Program-made: the position numbers and the translations under genes
Part shown: positions 12,202 through 25,247 of the stretch, piece after piece
Layout: each line of letters begins with the position of its first letter
Numbering within the stretch: the first letter of the stretch is position 1
The notes under the pieces: model-generated
Told to the model about the DNA's origin: nothing
Database searches by the model: none
Seen by the model: only the letters and a program-made list of their open reading frames with translations
Assembly: GCA_038087875.1 (NCBI GenBank)
Contig: CM075990.1
Coordinates: 12,586,001 to 12,650,000 of the forward strand
Direction: 5' to 3'
DNA length: 64,000 bases
DNA from: Malacoraja senta
Taxonomy: Eukaryota

Positions 12202-13209
12202 AAGATAACGGAGTCAGGGGATATGGGGAGAAGGCAGGAACGGGGTACTGATTGGGGATGATCAGCCATGATCACATTGAATGGCGGTGCTGGCTTGAAG
12301 GGCCGAATGGCCTACTCCTGCACCGATTGTCTATTGTCTATTGAACCCTGACAAGCAACTGTCTGAGATAGGGGTGTTGCGTATATAGAACAAGCTGCCA
12401 GAGGAAGTGGTTGCAGCAGGTGCAAAAACAATATTTAAAAGACATTTTGACAGGTACTTGGACTGAAAGGGCTCAGAGGAATATGGGCCAAATGCAGGCA
12501 AATGGGGCCGTCTTAGATGGGTGCTTGGTAGCATGATCTCTAAACTTAAAAACTGAACTGAACTAATCAGTGTACCAAGGAGTCAATGAGGGAATGGGCT
12601 ATTTTAGAACTACGATTGTTTAATGATCAAGAATTTATTGATGACCCAGTAGTGAAGAGTGTTTGAGGGAACATAACGTCACCGCGTGTGATCTGGTTCT
12701 ATCTTAAATACACATCTTAAATCTGGATACAGTAAACTACAAGTACATGAGTTGTGAGACGCTCATGACTAGTTAGATAGATCAAAGACTAGACAGTTAA
12801 AAGGGTTATCAAGTGATTTATATCTAATGTTAAAAGTCACTAGCAAGTTAATGAAACATAATTGGACAGGCCCGTGGATAAGTAATGTTTAGAGGGATAA
12901 AGGCCAAATACTAAGAACATTGAACCACTTTAGGTAGGTATCTTGGCATGGAGAAGTTGGGCTTGTTTCCATGTCGTATCTCCAAACTAAAACTAAACTG
13001 AACTTTAGATATGCATCTTCGATAGCATGGACAAGTTGGGCTGAAGGGCCTGTTTCCGTCCTGCCGAACTCTATGAAAATAAACCTTTTAAAAGAAAAGA
13101 AAAAAGACTGCCAGCAATACGTGAGTGATTACCGTTCAGCACAGGAAGACTAGGGGCAATTCTGGGAAGTTGTCAATCCTAAGTGAATCAGGACTCAATT
13201 GGAGCTTTT

Positions 13210-13497
13210 GGGTGGCACAGCGGTAAAGCTACTGACTTACGGCGCAAGAGACCCGGGTTCGATCCTGATTGTCTGCACGGAGATAGCACCTTCTCCCCGT
13301 GACCTGCGTGGGTTTTCTCCGGTTTCCTCCCAATCTCCAAAGATGTACAGATTTGTTGGTTAATTGGCTTGGTATAAAAGGTAAAATTGTCCCTAGTGTG
13401 TGCAAGGTGGTGTTAATGTGTGGGGATCGCTGGTCGCCGCAGACTCGGAGGGCCGAAGGGCCTGTTTCCATGCTGTATCTCTGCATTAAACTAAACT
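13210..13497 (+). mobile_element. tRNA-derived HE1/V-SINE-like SINE
   Basis: A box GGTGGCACAGCGG, B box GGTTCGATCC, conserved core, CR1-type tail ending (TAAAC)n; further copies at ~14036-14600, 23838-24060, 34383-34628, 34893-35106, 35896-36158, 43968-44283, 47200-47300, 51463-51590. Confidence 0.8.
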
Positions 13498-16400
13498 TTG
13501 GTCAAATCGCTTTTTTTTTTGAGGTATGAAAGTAAAAGCGGCCGAGATTAATTTTGTTGCGGTGATGAGGTCCCGCAGAGGAACCAAGTGTTCAGAACTG
13601 AAGATGAATTTGTAAATAGGATGCGAGGTCGGGTGAGCGTGGAATGGGCCGATCAACTCCTGCCCCATTCCGCTGCTTCACCCGTGTGTTTCCTGTTGCT
13701 GCATTTCTGACATGCAACACATTGCAACTTTTATCCCTTGAATCAGAAATTAGAGAAAATATTATAATTCCAGATATTAGAAGTGGTTGTCATAACCTCA
13801 GTGTGGTTCTGGTTCTGATGTTTGAGAACCTTGACGTTAGTTCCGTGCCTTTAAATTTGTGAAGTGAAACTTAGTCTGACACACAATGGCCCCACACGCA
13901 CTGCCTTCCTGTTCACCGGAGTTGGGTTCACTATCCCATATCTCCTTGGCCTGGGTCTCTTGGCAGCTCGGAGGCTGCCAGATCTCCAGGCTCCAGCAGA
14001 TGTTTTAGGGAAGGAAACCACTGATCAGCTTGGGCAGCACATTGGCACAGCGGGTAGACTTGCTGCCATACTGCGCCAGGGATACCCAGTTTCGATCCTG
14101 ACCTCGGGTGCTGTCTGTGCGGAGTTTGCACGTTCTCCCTGTGACCGTGTGGGTTTTCCCCGGGTGCTCCGGTTTCCTCCCGCACTCCAAAGGCTTTGTG
14201 CGGGTTTGTAGTTAGCTTCTGGAAATAGTAATTGGCCCTAGTGACAATAGACAATAGATGCAGGGAGTGGGCTGTTCGGCCCCTCGAGCCAGCACCACCA
14301 TTCAATGTGATCATGGCTGATCATCCACAATCAGTAACCCGTTCCTGCCTTCTCCCCATATCCCTTGACTCTGCTATCTTTAAGAGGTCTGTCTAGCTTT
14401 CTCTTGAAAGCATCCAGAGAACCAGCCTCCACTGCCCTCTGAGGCAGAGAATTCCACAGACTCACAACTCTCAGTGTGAAAAAGTTTTTCCTCATCTCCG
14501 TTCTAAATGGCTTACTCCTTATTCTTAAAACGTGCATAGGATATTGCTAGTGTATGGTGTGATCGCTGGTCGGCACCGACTCGGTGGGCCAAAGGGCCTG
14601 TTTCCTTGCTGTATCTCTTAAGTCTTAAAATCTAAAGCTTGAAATTATGTTGGAAAATATTAGCATCGGAAGAAGTTAATCAATTTATTTTAAGTTTATG
14701 GATGTTTTCATTGAAACAGTGGAGGAAGAAATCTCATGCTAAATCAATTCACTCTTCCAATAGTGTGACAAGATGGTCAGAATGTTATTCCTTCTTCATC
14801 ATCAATGGTCTAATTTCTGGAGATTCCAACCAAACAGCGGGACCAGAAGACCACAGGGGTTCAAGATGGCAGCTCACCACCTCAAGGCCAATTAGGGACA
14901 GTCTTTGCCAATGTAATCCACATCTCAATCCTCATTAGAACCCTCAAAGCATTGGAATTCCTCAACTCTGCCTTTGTCTTCACATGCTTTGACAACGTTG
15001 CTGTTGGCTTTGCTAATCCTTGACATTGCTTCTCTCTGTGTCTTCATCTGTTGCTATCTTCTCACATACACTTCCTCTGAGCAATATCGTTGTGGGTGGC
15101 ATTGTTATTGTGTAGTGGATTGTAACCCAATATTTTCCTGTGCTGTGCAAGTTTCATTGCCATATTGTCGAAGGACATCTTGTCCAAATTACTATCAGAA
15201 AGTATAATCAGTATAGCTCCTGAACAGAAAGGTTGTGTGAATTGTCATGTTGAGGCAGAGTTACTGATGCTTCAGAACAGCATCTGCATTCTGAGCTTGG
15301 AAGCAGGTCTATTGTAAGTGAATGCAGGAGTATGAACATAATGCAGGTCTTGCTGAAGTTGTCTTTAAAAAGAGCAGTTCATAGTGTCAGGAGGAAGTTG
15401 AAAGAGTTTCATCATGAGAAGTTAGAATGTTTGCGCCATGACAAGCTCTTTACATGTAATCATTGCAGGGTGGGCATTAAACTTCAGAACACTACAGGAA
15501 TAGTAATAGAACGCATGGGGAAATAGTTAGAACCTGGTCCTTGCAATGGAATTTATATGTATTCTTGCATGAGTTATGAATGTTGTTAGTAAGGCCAGCA
15601 TCGACAACCATTGAACCTTTCCGCTGACTGGTTAGCACGCAACAAGTGCTTTTCACTGCACCTCAGTACACGTGACAATAAACTAAACTGAACTGAGTAA
15701 GAAGGAACTGCAGATGCTGCTTTAAACCGAAGATGGACACAAAAAGCTGGAGTAACTCAGCGGGACAGGCAGCATCTCTGGGGAGAAGGAATGGGTGACG
15801 TTTCGGGTCGAGACCCTTCTTCAGACTGATTATTCTTCTGAGGCAGAGAATTCCACAAATTCACAACTCTCAGGGTGAATTTTTTTTTTCCTAATCTCAG
15901 TTCTAAATGGCCTACCCCTTATTCTTAAACTGTGGCCCCTGGTTCTGGACTCCCCCAACATCGGGAACGTGTTTCCCGCACCCAGCGTGTCCACAATCCC
16001 TTAATAATGTTATATTTGCGCGGGAACAGAGCGACTGAGAGGTTCACATGCGGAAATCTTTCAAAGACGAGAAGGTGGGGAAGGTTCAATAGGTGCTAGA
16101 AGGTTCAGAGAAGCTTAAAGTGCCATGGCATTGAAATTTAAACATTGGCAGGTGGATTGTTATTCAACGTGAACATGGATGAGAGTGAAAATGGAGGAGG
16201 ACTGGCCACATTTTGTGCCTTCCACCACAGTGATGAATGCTGTGGTGGATGTTTGTGTTAAATTTTTATTGTGTTTTTGTGTGTTTTTCATTGTACCGCT
16301 GCTGGCAAATTCATTTCACTTGCACTTTATGTGCAAGTGACGAATAAAACTGATTGATTGATTGATTGAACCCAAGGGAAAGTAAATGGGTAATATCCTC

Positions 16401-18845
16401 CTCATGTTCCTATTCTTATATGTAAATCCAGGCTGGAAGTTGGAAGCGACAGTGATATGAAGCCTTTAGAAGGGGGTGCGCCTACTATGTGCTTTCATCT
16501 GTTCTCCAGTTCCTCTCTGGTTGGCATGCGAACATGCGTGCACGCATACACATAACACCAACGCATGCTCAACAACAACAATCCAAGGAACTCACTGCTG
16601 TGTTCAGAAAGGGGAAGTCGGGAGACCACAAGCCTGTTTCCATCGGTGGGTCAACAGTGGAGAGAGTTAGCAGTTATAATTCTTGGGCATTATCATCTCG
16701 GATGTTTTGTCCTGGGCCCAGCAAATAGATGTAATCACAAAGAAAGTGTGTCGACATCTCAAACTTGTGAGAAGTTTAAAGGGATTCACCATGCCACCGA
16801 ATGCTCTAACTTCCACAGAAGTATTCCAACTGGTTGCATCATGGTGGCATGCGGTGCTGGCTCGAAGGGCCGAATGGCCTCCTCCTGCACCTATTTTCTA
16901 TGGCTTGGTAAGGTCATAAGGGATAGGTGTCGAGTTAGGCCATTAGGTCATCAAGTCTACTCTGCCATTCAATCATGGCTGATCTATCTCTCCCTTCTAA
17001 TCCCATTCTCCATCTGTCTCACCATAACCTCTGACACCTGTACCAATCAAGAATCTGTCTATTAAAAATATCCACTGACGGCCTCCACAGCCTTCTGTGG
17101 CAAAGAATTCCACAGATCCACCACACTCTGACTAAAGAAGCCTCTCGCTGGAACGCAAGAGGCCGCAGAGAGTGGTGGACTCAGCCCGGTCCATCACGGG
17201 CACAGCCTTCGCCACCATCAGAAGCATCTACTGTACATAAGGCGCTGCCTGACGAAGGTGGAATCTGTCATCAAGGAATCTCAGCATGCGGCTCATGTCC
17301 TCTTCTCGCTGCTATCATCGGGCAAGAGATTTAAACTTCTCTCAAGAGCTTGAAGTTCCACAACGCCAGGTTCAAGAACTACTCTCCCACTGCCATCAGG
17401 TTCTTGAATCGACCCACCCATCCCTAATCCCACCTCAGCAACGGAACACTACACACCACCTCGTGCACTATCACACACTTGTTTTTTTACTTGTATTCCC
17501 ACACTCATCTCTTGTGCCCTTTCACAGTCTTATTCTGTTCACTGTCTTGAGTAATTTCTGTATAATTTAAGTTTTTGTGTGATTGCCTGAGGCCTGTGAT
17601 GCTGCTGCAAGCAAGTCTTTGATTGTACCCGCACCTCACCGTCCTTGTGCCTGTGACAATCAACAACTAACTGGACAGGCTCCCTCTCTTCCCTTGCTTC
17701 CTTATTTTTGGTGCATTCGTTTGGAAGGTTCACGGAGAACCCGGACTTTGGGAATGTGCCTGTCTCCACAATGCACAAGGTGTGAGCAGAGAGAAGTGTG
17801 CAGGTTGCAGTTGTTTTTCTGATGGCGGAACAATGATGCATTTGCTTACGAGCAGGAATCAGTTTTCATTCTCTGTTCCTTAAGAGAAGTTTCCTGTTTA
17901 TTGTATTAGTTTGAGTTTTAACTCTACCTCACTCACTCAGCATGGCTGCTCTCTTGCAGAACACACACACTGTGTCTCAATGCCACTAGGTCGTATCAGA
18001 TACAGACAATGATTAATTAATGTGCCGGAAGGAACTGTAGATGCTGGCTTATACCGAAGATAGACACAAGTAACTCAATGGGTCAGGCAGCTTCTCTGGA
18101 GAAAAAGAAGAGGTGATGTTTCTTTAGACTGTTCACCTATCCCTTTTCTCCAGCGATGCTGCCTGACCCGTTGAGATACTTCAGCACATTGTGTTTATCA
18201 ATAAGTAATTAAAACCAATACTCTGAAAGTCTGGAATCCTCTCGATTTCATCTGAGACATTGAAGCCAAGCTTCACCTGCCTGATCAGATGGATATTGGA
18301 CATTTGGGTCTACTCCACCATTTGGTTAAATTGTGATGGAATTTGTGCCTCCTGCATCTTCTTGTACTATTCACAAATCACAAATCTCTGCTTGTAAACA
18401 TGCAGAGCTCAAGTTATGCCAGTACCGTGAGAACGCTGGCATCAACACAGCAATTTGGAAAATTGCCCAGGAATGTCCTGCCTGGAAAATTACTGGCTGA
18501 TCGGTCCTCAGCCAAGTGATGGAAGATGTCATAGAACAGTACAGCACAGAAACAGGCTCTTCGGGCCACAGTGTCCTTGGCCGGACATGCTGTTACTTTA
18601 ACAGTGTCAAACTTCGTCTGACTTTGCTAAAGGGCGGCCTGAACCAAATTTGCCTTTCCTCGCACATCCCAACTCAAACCAAGAAGATCAATGATCTGCA
18701 AAAAAATCAAAGAGCTAGAGGAATTCAGCTGGTCAGTGGAAGGAATGAACAGTTGATGTTTCGGGTCGGGACTCTTCTTCAGACTGTTGGAGTCGTGGTG
18801 AGAAAGGTGGAGAGCAAAGCTTGGCAAGTGGTAAAGAGTTAAAGA

Positions 18846-19227
18846 AGGAACTGCAGATGCTGGAAAATCGGAGGTACACAAAAATGCTGGAGAAACTCAG
18901 CGGGTGCAGCAGCATCTATGGAGCGAAGGAAATAGGCAACGTTTCGGGCCGAAACCCTTCTTCAGACTGATAGGGGGTGGGGAGAAGAAAGGAAAAAAGG
19001 AAAAAGGCGGAGGAGGAGCCCGAGGGCAGGGGGAGGGGAGGAGACAACCAGATGGCTGATGAAGGGGAGGGGACAGCAAGGGCTAGCAGAATTGGGAGAA
19101 TTCAATGTTCAAGCCCCCAGGATGTAGACTGCCCAAGCGGAATATGAGGTGCATTTCCTCCAATTTACGGTGTTGCTCGCTGTGGCCATGGAGGAGACCC
19201 AGGACAGAGAGGTCAGATACGGAATGG
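18846..19227 (-). mobile_element. Penelope-like element 3' end (GIY-YIG endonuclease tail plus hammerhead-bearing terminal repeat)
   Basis: 19226-19083 translates HSVSDLSVLGLLHGHSEQHRKLEEMHLIFRLGSLHPGGLNIEFSQFC*; followed by CTGAAGA-A-GGGT(TTCG)GCCC-GAAACGTT. Confidence 0.8.
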
Positions 19228-20203
19228 TAGATGGATACAGCTGAGGGATTGGCAGATGGGTGGAGTCAGTGACAAAGTCTAGAGTTGAAAAGAAGACAAA
19301 ATTGTGGCAGATAAGGAAAGAAGAGGAGGAGTGAAATGTAAAGCTGTAGGAAGGGATAAGGGTGGAAAGAGACAGGGAAGAAGAAGATAGGGGTTAAAGG
19401 GAAATATGGTACCCGGGGATGGAAGATGAGTGTGCGGAGAAGGGGAAAGGGGCAGGGTGACCAGGGAGGTGGGGGATGCTGGAAGAAATGTGTGTGCACT
19501 GGAGTAGAGGGAGCAGGGGAAAGAGAAGAGGTATAGGAGGTATTACTTGAAATTGCGGGTCAATTTTCTCTCAGGTTGTTGGGAATTTGGGGAGAGAGGA
19601 GGAGATGAGGGAGCTCAGATGATATGAGGATATGGTAGGAGCAATTTGATTCATTAACCTTAAGGAGCATCCCAAATAAACATTGAAGGAGACTCTGGGA
19701 GCATTTTGGACAATGGTTGACTCTGAGCGGCAATGGCTATAATGCACAGAGTCAATGCTTCATATTATGCAAGTGGTTTGGATTAATATACAGCCAATTT
19801 TAATTTCGAGTTGTGATGCAATGATGTGGACATCTGCCTATTGCATCATAAATATTTTCCCTCGGTAACAAAAATCATGTTTGTTCTCCAAGGCTTGTGC
19901 AGATCAGTTCAAGATTCCCAGCACCTCTTTTGATCTCATCCTTCTGAACACACGCACTGGACATCTGAGTATATTGCATTGTTACTAATACAATTCAGCA
20001 TTCTTCCAGTGTGGGTTCACTCCAGTGGTCTGCCTTTATAACTCGAGCTTCGTCATACTTCTTTGATATGTACCACAATAGCATTTCAGTCCCATTAAAT
20101 GATTCATTGATAAGGAGCAGAAAATGCTACTGCAAATAACGGAGTAGCAATCAGTCAACATTGTGCGGCAGTTGTACAATTCTGCTCGGGATGAATAACG
20201 CAC

Positions 20204-20513
20204 GGTGGGTGGCACGGCGGCAGAGTTGCTGCCTCACAGCGCCAGAGATCCAGGTTCGATCCCGACCACGGCTGCTGTCTGTACGGAGTTTGTACGTTCT
20301 CCCTGTGACCTGTGTGGGTTTACTCCGAGATCTTCGGTTTCCTCCCGCACTCCAAAGATACAGATTTGCAGGTTAATTGGCTTGGTATAAATGAAACAAT
20401 TGTTGGTAGTGTGTGTAGGGTAGTGTGAATGTGCGGGGATCGCTGGTCGGTGCGGACGCGGTGGGCCGAAGGGCCTGTTTCCATGCTGTATCTCTGAACT
20501 CAATTAAACTAAA
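20204..20513 (+). mobile_element. tRNA-derived HE1/V-SINE-like SINE
   Basis: A/B boxes, core and (TAAAC)n tail as in the other copies. Confidence 0.8.
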
Positions 20514-22354
20514 CACATCTCCAGAGTTGTGAATTTGTGGAATTCCCTGCCACAGTGGAGCGCAGTGGAGGCCAAATCACTGGATGGATTTAAGTGAGAG
20601 TTAGATAGAGCTCTAGGGGCTGTTGGAGTCAAGGGAATCAAGGGATATGGGGAGAAGGCAGGCACGGGTTATTGATTGGGGACGATCAGCCATGATCACA
20701 ATGAATGGCGGTGCTGGCTCGAAGGGCCGAATGGCCTCCTCCTGCACCTGTTTTCTATGTTTCTAATACAGCTGCTTTGTCTCTGCTGTAACGTGGTGGA
20801 ATGCACTCCTAGTTGATCCCTCTCACTCCCCTTTACTCTGTGCACTGTTCCCCTCCAGACTGCACTCCCTTCCAGAGCAGTCTCTTTGGCATCCCATTGA
20901 TATTATCCATGCAGGTCAATGACAAGCAAGTAAATCCTTCACATCATGTGAAGATAAAATTGAATTAAGTACAAAATAAATGGAAGTAATTCTTCTTTAC
21001 TAAAGCCAACTACCATTGACCAGTTGTAAAATAACCATGGATTTATCTGGGACAATATTCCACTTGAAGAACAATTGCATTGCTATAAAACGTAGAACAG
21101 TACAGCACGGGATCAGGCCCTTCGGCCCACAATATCATTGCTGAACATGATGCCTAGTTAAACTGATCTTATCTGCCTGCACGTGATCTATATCCCTTTA
21201 TTCCCTGCACTTCTATGTGCCTATCTAAAAGCCTCTTAAACACCACCATGGTATCTGCCTCCACCACCACCCCTGGCAATGCGTTCCAGGCCCCCACCAC
21301 CCTCTGTGTAACCAAACTTGCCCCGCACATCTCTATTACATTTCCCCCCTCTCACCTTATACCTATGCCCTCCAGTGTTGGACTGTTCCACTCTGGGGGA
21401 AAAGGTTCTGACTATCTATCTTATCTATGCCTCTCATAATTTTACATATTTCCATCAACCACTGATGTTCCAGAGAACACAATTCAAATCTATCCAAGTC
21501 TGAAGAAGGGTCTCGACCTGAAACGTCACCCATTCCTTCTCTCCAGAGATGCTGCCTGTCCCGCTGAGTTACTCCAGCATTTTGTGTCTATCTTCAAGTC
21601 TATCCAACCTCTTCCCGTAGCTGAAACCCTCTCATCCTCTTACACATATAATACAACCCTAACAGCAATATTATCAGTAGGTTTGAGATTTTTCAAAGGG
21701 AAATATGGAACAGGGATGAGATGATATTGTATTTCAAAACACACATCACCATGCAAACTTCCTCCCATAATATTTTAATTAAACCATGAATTAATTACTT
21801 TCACTCCAATCCTTGTTTTTTTTTTAAGCTCTGATTCCATTAATTTAAAGGCAAATAATTCTAGCCTGGCTGTGCAAAACCTATCAAGCCAGTTACAGGC
21901 TGTGGCTTGGGGTGCTGGAGGTGGAGAGATGGGTGATGTTGTGGGGAGGAAATGGTTTTACCGAGTATCTCCTCTCTTGAAGGCTATGGCGGTAATTTTT
22001 TTGCTCCTTCAGCACCACTTGTTCAAAAGGTCAAAAATGTGAGGGCTTTTGGTTGTGAATCAGACGAGATCATTTCCACTGACAAAATGCTCAATAGGCA
22101 GCAGGTGGTTTTCTTGGACATAAAAACCAGAGAGAGAAGGGAGAAATGTTTTACAGGGCAAGGTGGAGTGGTTTTGGAAGCAGAATCCAGAAGAACATTC
22201 AGAACTGGAAAAACACAGGAAATGAAAACATCTTGGGGGGGGAAAGGGCAGAGGGGTGAGATTAATGGAAGATCTCACTCAGGGAGCCAGCATAGACTCA
22301 GTGTGCCCGGGGACCTCCTGTTTCTGCAGCTGACCCACCATCTCTTTGTTGCAG

Positions 22355-22576
22355 GTGACAACTTCCGTACTTGTCAATATATTGGATGAGAATGACAATC
22401 ACCCAGTGTTCCACCAGCAGCAGTACGACATCACCTTGGATGAAGGGCCGTCTAGCTTGGATTCTTTCACTGTCATCGTGAATGCAACCGATCGGGATGA
22501 AGGTCCCAATGGAACCGTGACATATGCCATTGTTGACGGAAATATAGACAGCACATTCATCGTCCACAGTGTCACG
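22355..22576 (+). CDS. CDH23: Cadherin-23 exon (222 nt; VTTSVLVNILDENDNHPVF...FIVHSVT)
   Basis: ttgcag|GTG acceptor, ACG|gtgagt donor; DENDN motif; DEGPNGTVTYAIV matches CDH23. Confidence 0.95.
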
Positions 22577-22689
22577 GTGAGTAGTAAGCATCAACATTCA
22601 CACAGATGGATCGCAAATGAGGTCAGAACTCAGACAAGTGTTATTTAGTCAAATTTGAAGGCACCTATTGTCATGGATGAATTAACAGG

Positions 22690-23150
22690 AGGGGCACGCT
22701 GGTGCAGCGGTAGAGTTGCTGCCTTACAGCGCCAGAGACCCGGGTTGGATCCAGGCTACATGCGCTGTCTGTACAGGGTTTTACCTTCTCCCCATGACCC
22801 ACATGGGTTTACTCCGAGAACTTTGGTTTCCTCCCACACTCCAAAGAAGTACAGGCTTGTAGGTTAATTATATATAAAAATTGTCCCTAGTGTAGGATAT
22901 TGTTCTTATCGAATCCACATCATAAGATTAGAAATTGTTCAGGCCAGAGCTGAACACACTTCTCCACATCCGCATACAATGGCGTCTTGCGCTTCATGTG
23001 CTTCTTGTGCATAGTGGTGGAAAGATTGGCGGAAACAGGGCCCTGACGTGAACCTTGACCCCAGGATGTTGTTAATGTGCAAGGATCGCGGACTCAGTGG
23101 GCCAAAGGGCCTGTTACCACGCTGTACCTCCAAACTAAACTAAACTAAAC
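22690..23150 (+). mobile_element. HE1-like SINE interrupted by a 158-bp insertion
   Basis: SINE head at 22690 and tail at 23150; insert flanked by AGGAT(A/G)TTGTT duplication. Confidence 0.75.
22905..23062 (-). mobile_element. Short retroposed element with a degenerate minimal HDV/CPEB3-like ribozyme head
   Basis: 11-bp TSD (22894-22904 / 23063-23073); - strand starts GGGGTC AAGG TTCACGT CAG GGCCCT GT TTCCG CCAA TCTTTC. Confidence 0.55.
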
Positions 23151-24825
23151 ACAAATAGTCATGTAAGTGGGCCTGACCAAATATCATTGCGGAAACAAGG
23201 CTGCAGGCTGGTCAAAATATGGAAGTAAATATTCAATATTCAGGAAGGACACCCAAAAAGGGAAAGGAGATGGAGTATCACTATTAATAAATAATGGCAT
23301 CATTAAATAATTTGGGAAGGATTTAGGTCTGGCAGATGGTGGTGATATGGAATTAGAATAGTTTCAGGTAGAACAAAGCAGTGGCAAGGGTAGAAAATAG
23401 TGTTGAGAGTTGGCTATAGACGTCTGAATAGTGTCTGTATCGTAAGTACAAGAGAGGAAATGAGAAGTGTACGTAAAACTTTGCAACACAGTAGTCATGG
23501 TCGACTTCAAATTAAAATTTAAAAAACTGCAGTAGCTGGCTTTCTGAAATAAAAACTGAAAATGCAGGAAAATGTGAGCGCTTGTGGAAAGGGAAAAAGT
23601 TAATATTTCAGGTCAAAGACCCATCAGCCGAACTCAGCTGAAAGGTCTTCAACTTCAAACATTAATGGTGTCGACTTGACCTACATAGAGACTGTGTATT
23701 TCTAATTAATGCAATAAATGCAGAGGATGAATTCCTGGAATGCATAAGAGGTAGATTTCTAGTTCAATAAACTGAACTTCCTGGGGAGATTGTAGATCTA
23801 GTAAAATGCAATGAGAAGGCGTTAATTAATAAATTAGGGTGGCACAGTGGCACAGCGGTAGAGTTGCTGCCTGACAGCGCTTTCAGCGCCAGAGACCCGG
23901 GTTTATTCCCGACGAAGGGTGCTGTCTGTACGGAGTTTGTAAGTTCTTCCCGTGACCGCGTGGGTTTTCTCCGAGACCTTCGGTTTCCTCCCACACTACA
24001 AGGACGTACAGGTTTGCAGGTTAATTAGCTTTCCATAAATGTAAGTTGTCTTCAGTGTGTGTTTTTAGATATTTTTCTTGAAAATAAGGGGTAGACGATT
24101 ATGGGTTGATGGGAGAAATATCTTCAGTCAGAGGGTAGACAAAAATGCTGGAGAAACTCAGCGGGTGAGGCAGCATCTATGGAGCGAAGGAAATAGGCAA
24201 CGTTTCTGGTCGAGAACCTTTGTATTTCTCGACCCTGAGGGCAGTGGAGGCTGAAACGGTGATTGCATTCAAAACTAACGTCAATTAATTTCTGGATTTT
24301 GAAATAGGAAATATGGGGATGCGGCAGGAAACAGAGATAGACAATAGGTACAGGAAGAGGCCAGTCGGCCCTTTGAGCCAGCACCGCCATTCAATGTGAT
24401 CATGGCTGATCATCCCCAATCAGTACCCCGTTGCTTCCTTCTCCCCATATCCCCTGACTCCGCTATCTAAGCCCTATCTAGCTCTCTCTTGAAAGTATCC
24501 AGAGAACCGGCTTCCACCGCCCGCTGAGGCAGAGAAAGTCAACTATCATCTTATTGAATGGCGGCGCAGAGTCAAGGTCCAAATAACCTACGACTTATGT
24601 TAAAGATCAGCCCCCTATTCTGACATATATATTTCTTCCATTAAGGATAACATTTTTGGGTCTTTGTAATTATGTCGCCATTGTACTAAACATTGGAAGC
24701 ATGTCGCAAGCATTTCCCGATAGAGATGCTGGCATGTCCATTCTTCTGTTGCATTTAGGATGTAAATAAAAGTTTTATCTGTGTGTCCGTTGAATAAATG
24801 AAGTTATATCGTTCTGTTGCTCCAG

Positions 24826-24945
24826 GGTGAAATCAAGGCAGTGAAAGAATTGGACTATGAGTTGTGCCATGGCCGATACACACTCATTGTTACGGCAACT
24901 GACCAGAGTCCAAAGCCTGCACACCGCCTGACCACCACCACCACA
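24826..24945 (+). CDS. CDH23: Cadherin-23 exon (120 nt; GEIKAVKELDYELCHGRYTLIVTATDQSPKPAHRLTTTTT)
   Basis: ctccag|GGT, ACA|gtaagt; LDYE motif; HGRYTLIVTATDQ is diagnostic of CDH23. Confidence 0.95.
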
Positions 24946-25247
24946 GTAAGTGCTTCGGAGTGAAGGAGACGGCCGATATGCAGTTTGTACCAAGTAAATA
25001 CTTTGATACAAGACACAGTGGGACTTTATAGGACCGCATTTAGAGTATTGTATGCAGTTCTGGTCACCCCATTACCAGGAAGGTTGTGCAGAGTTTGGAG
25101 ATGGTGCAGAGGAGGTCGACCAGGATGATGCCTGGACTTGGGGGGATTAGCTTCAGGGAGAGTTTGGACAGACTAGGATTGCTTTCTCTGGAATGCCAAG
25201 AGGTTGCTAGAAGACCTAATAAATGTATCTAAAACTATGAGAGGCAT

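Noticed and set aside
13210-13290. tRNA gene-like A/B boxes (here and in similar copies)
   Set aside because: They are SINE heads continuing into the SINE core and tail, not tRNA genes
14960-15560. Repeat-free intronic blocks (also ~17690-17990 and 45360-45720) as possible enhancers or extra exons
   Set aside because: No recognisable coding similarity or paired splice signals; conservation cannot be judged without alignments
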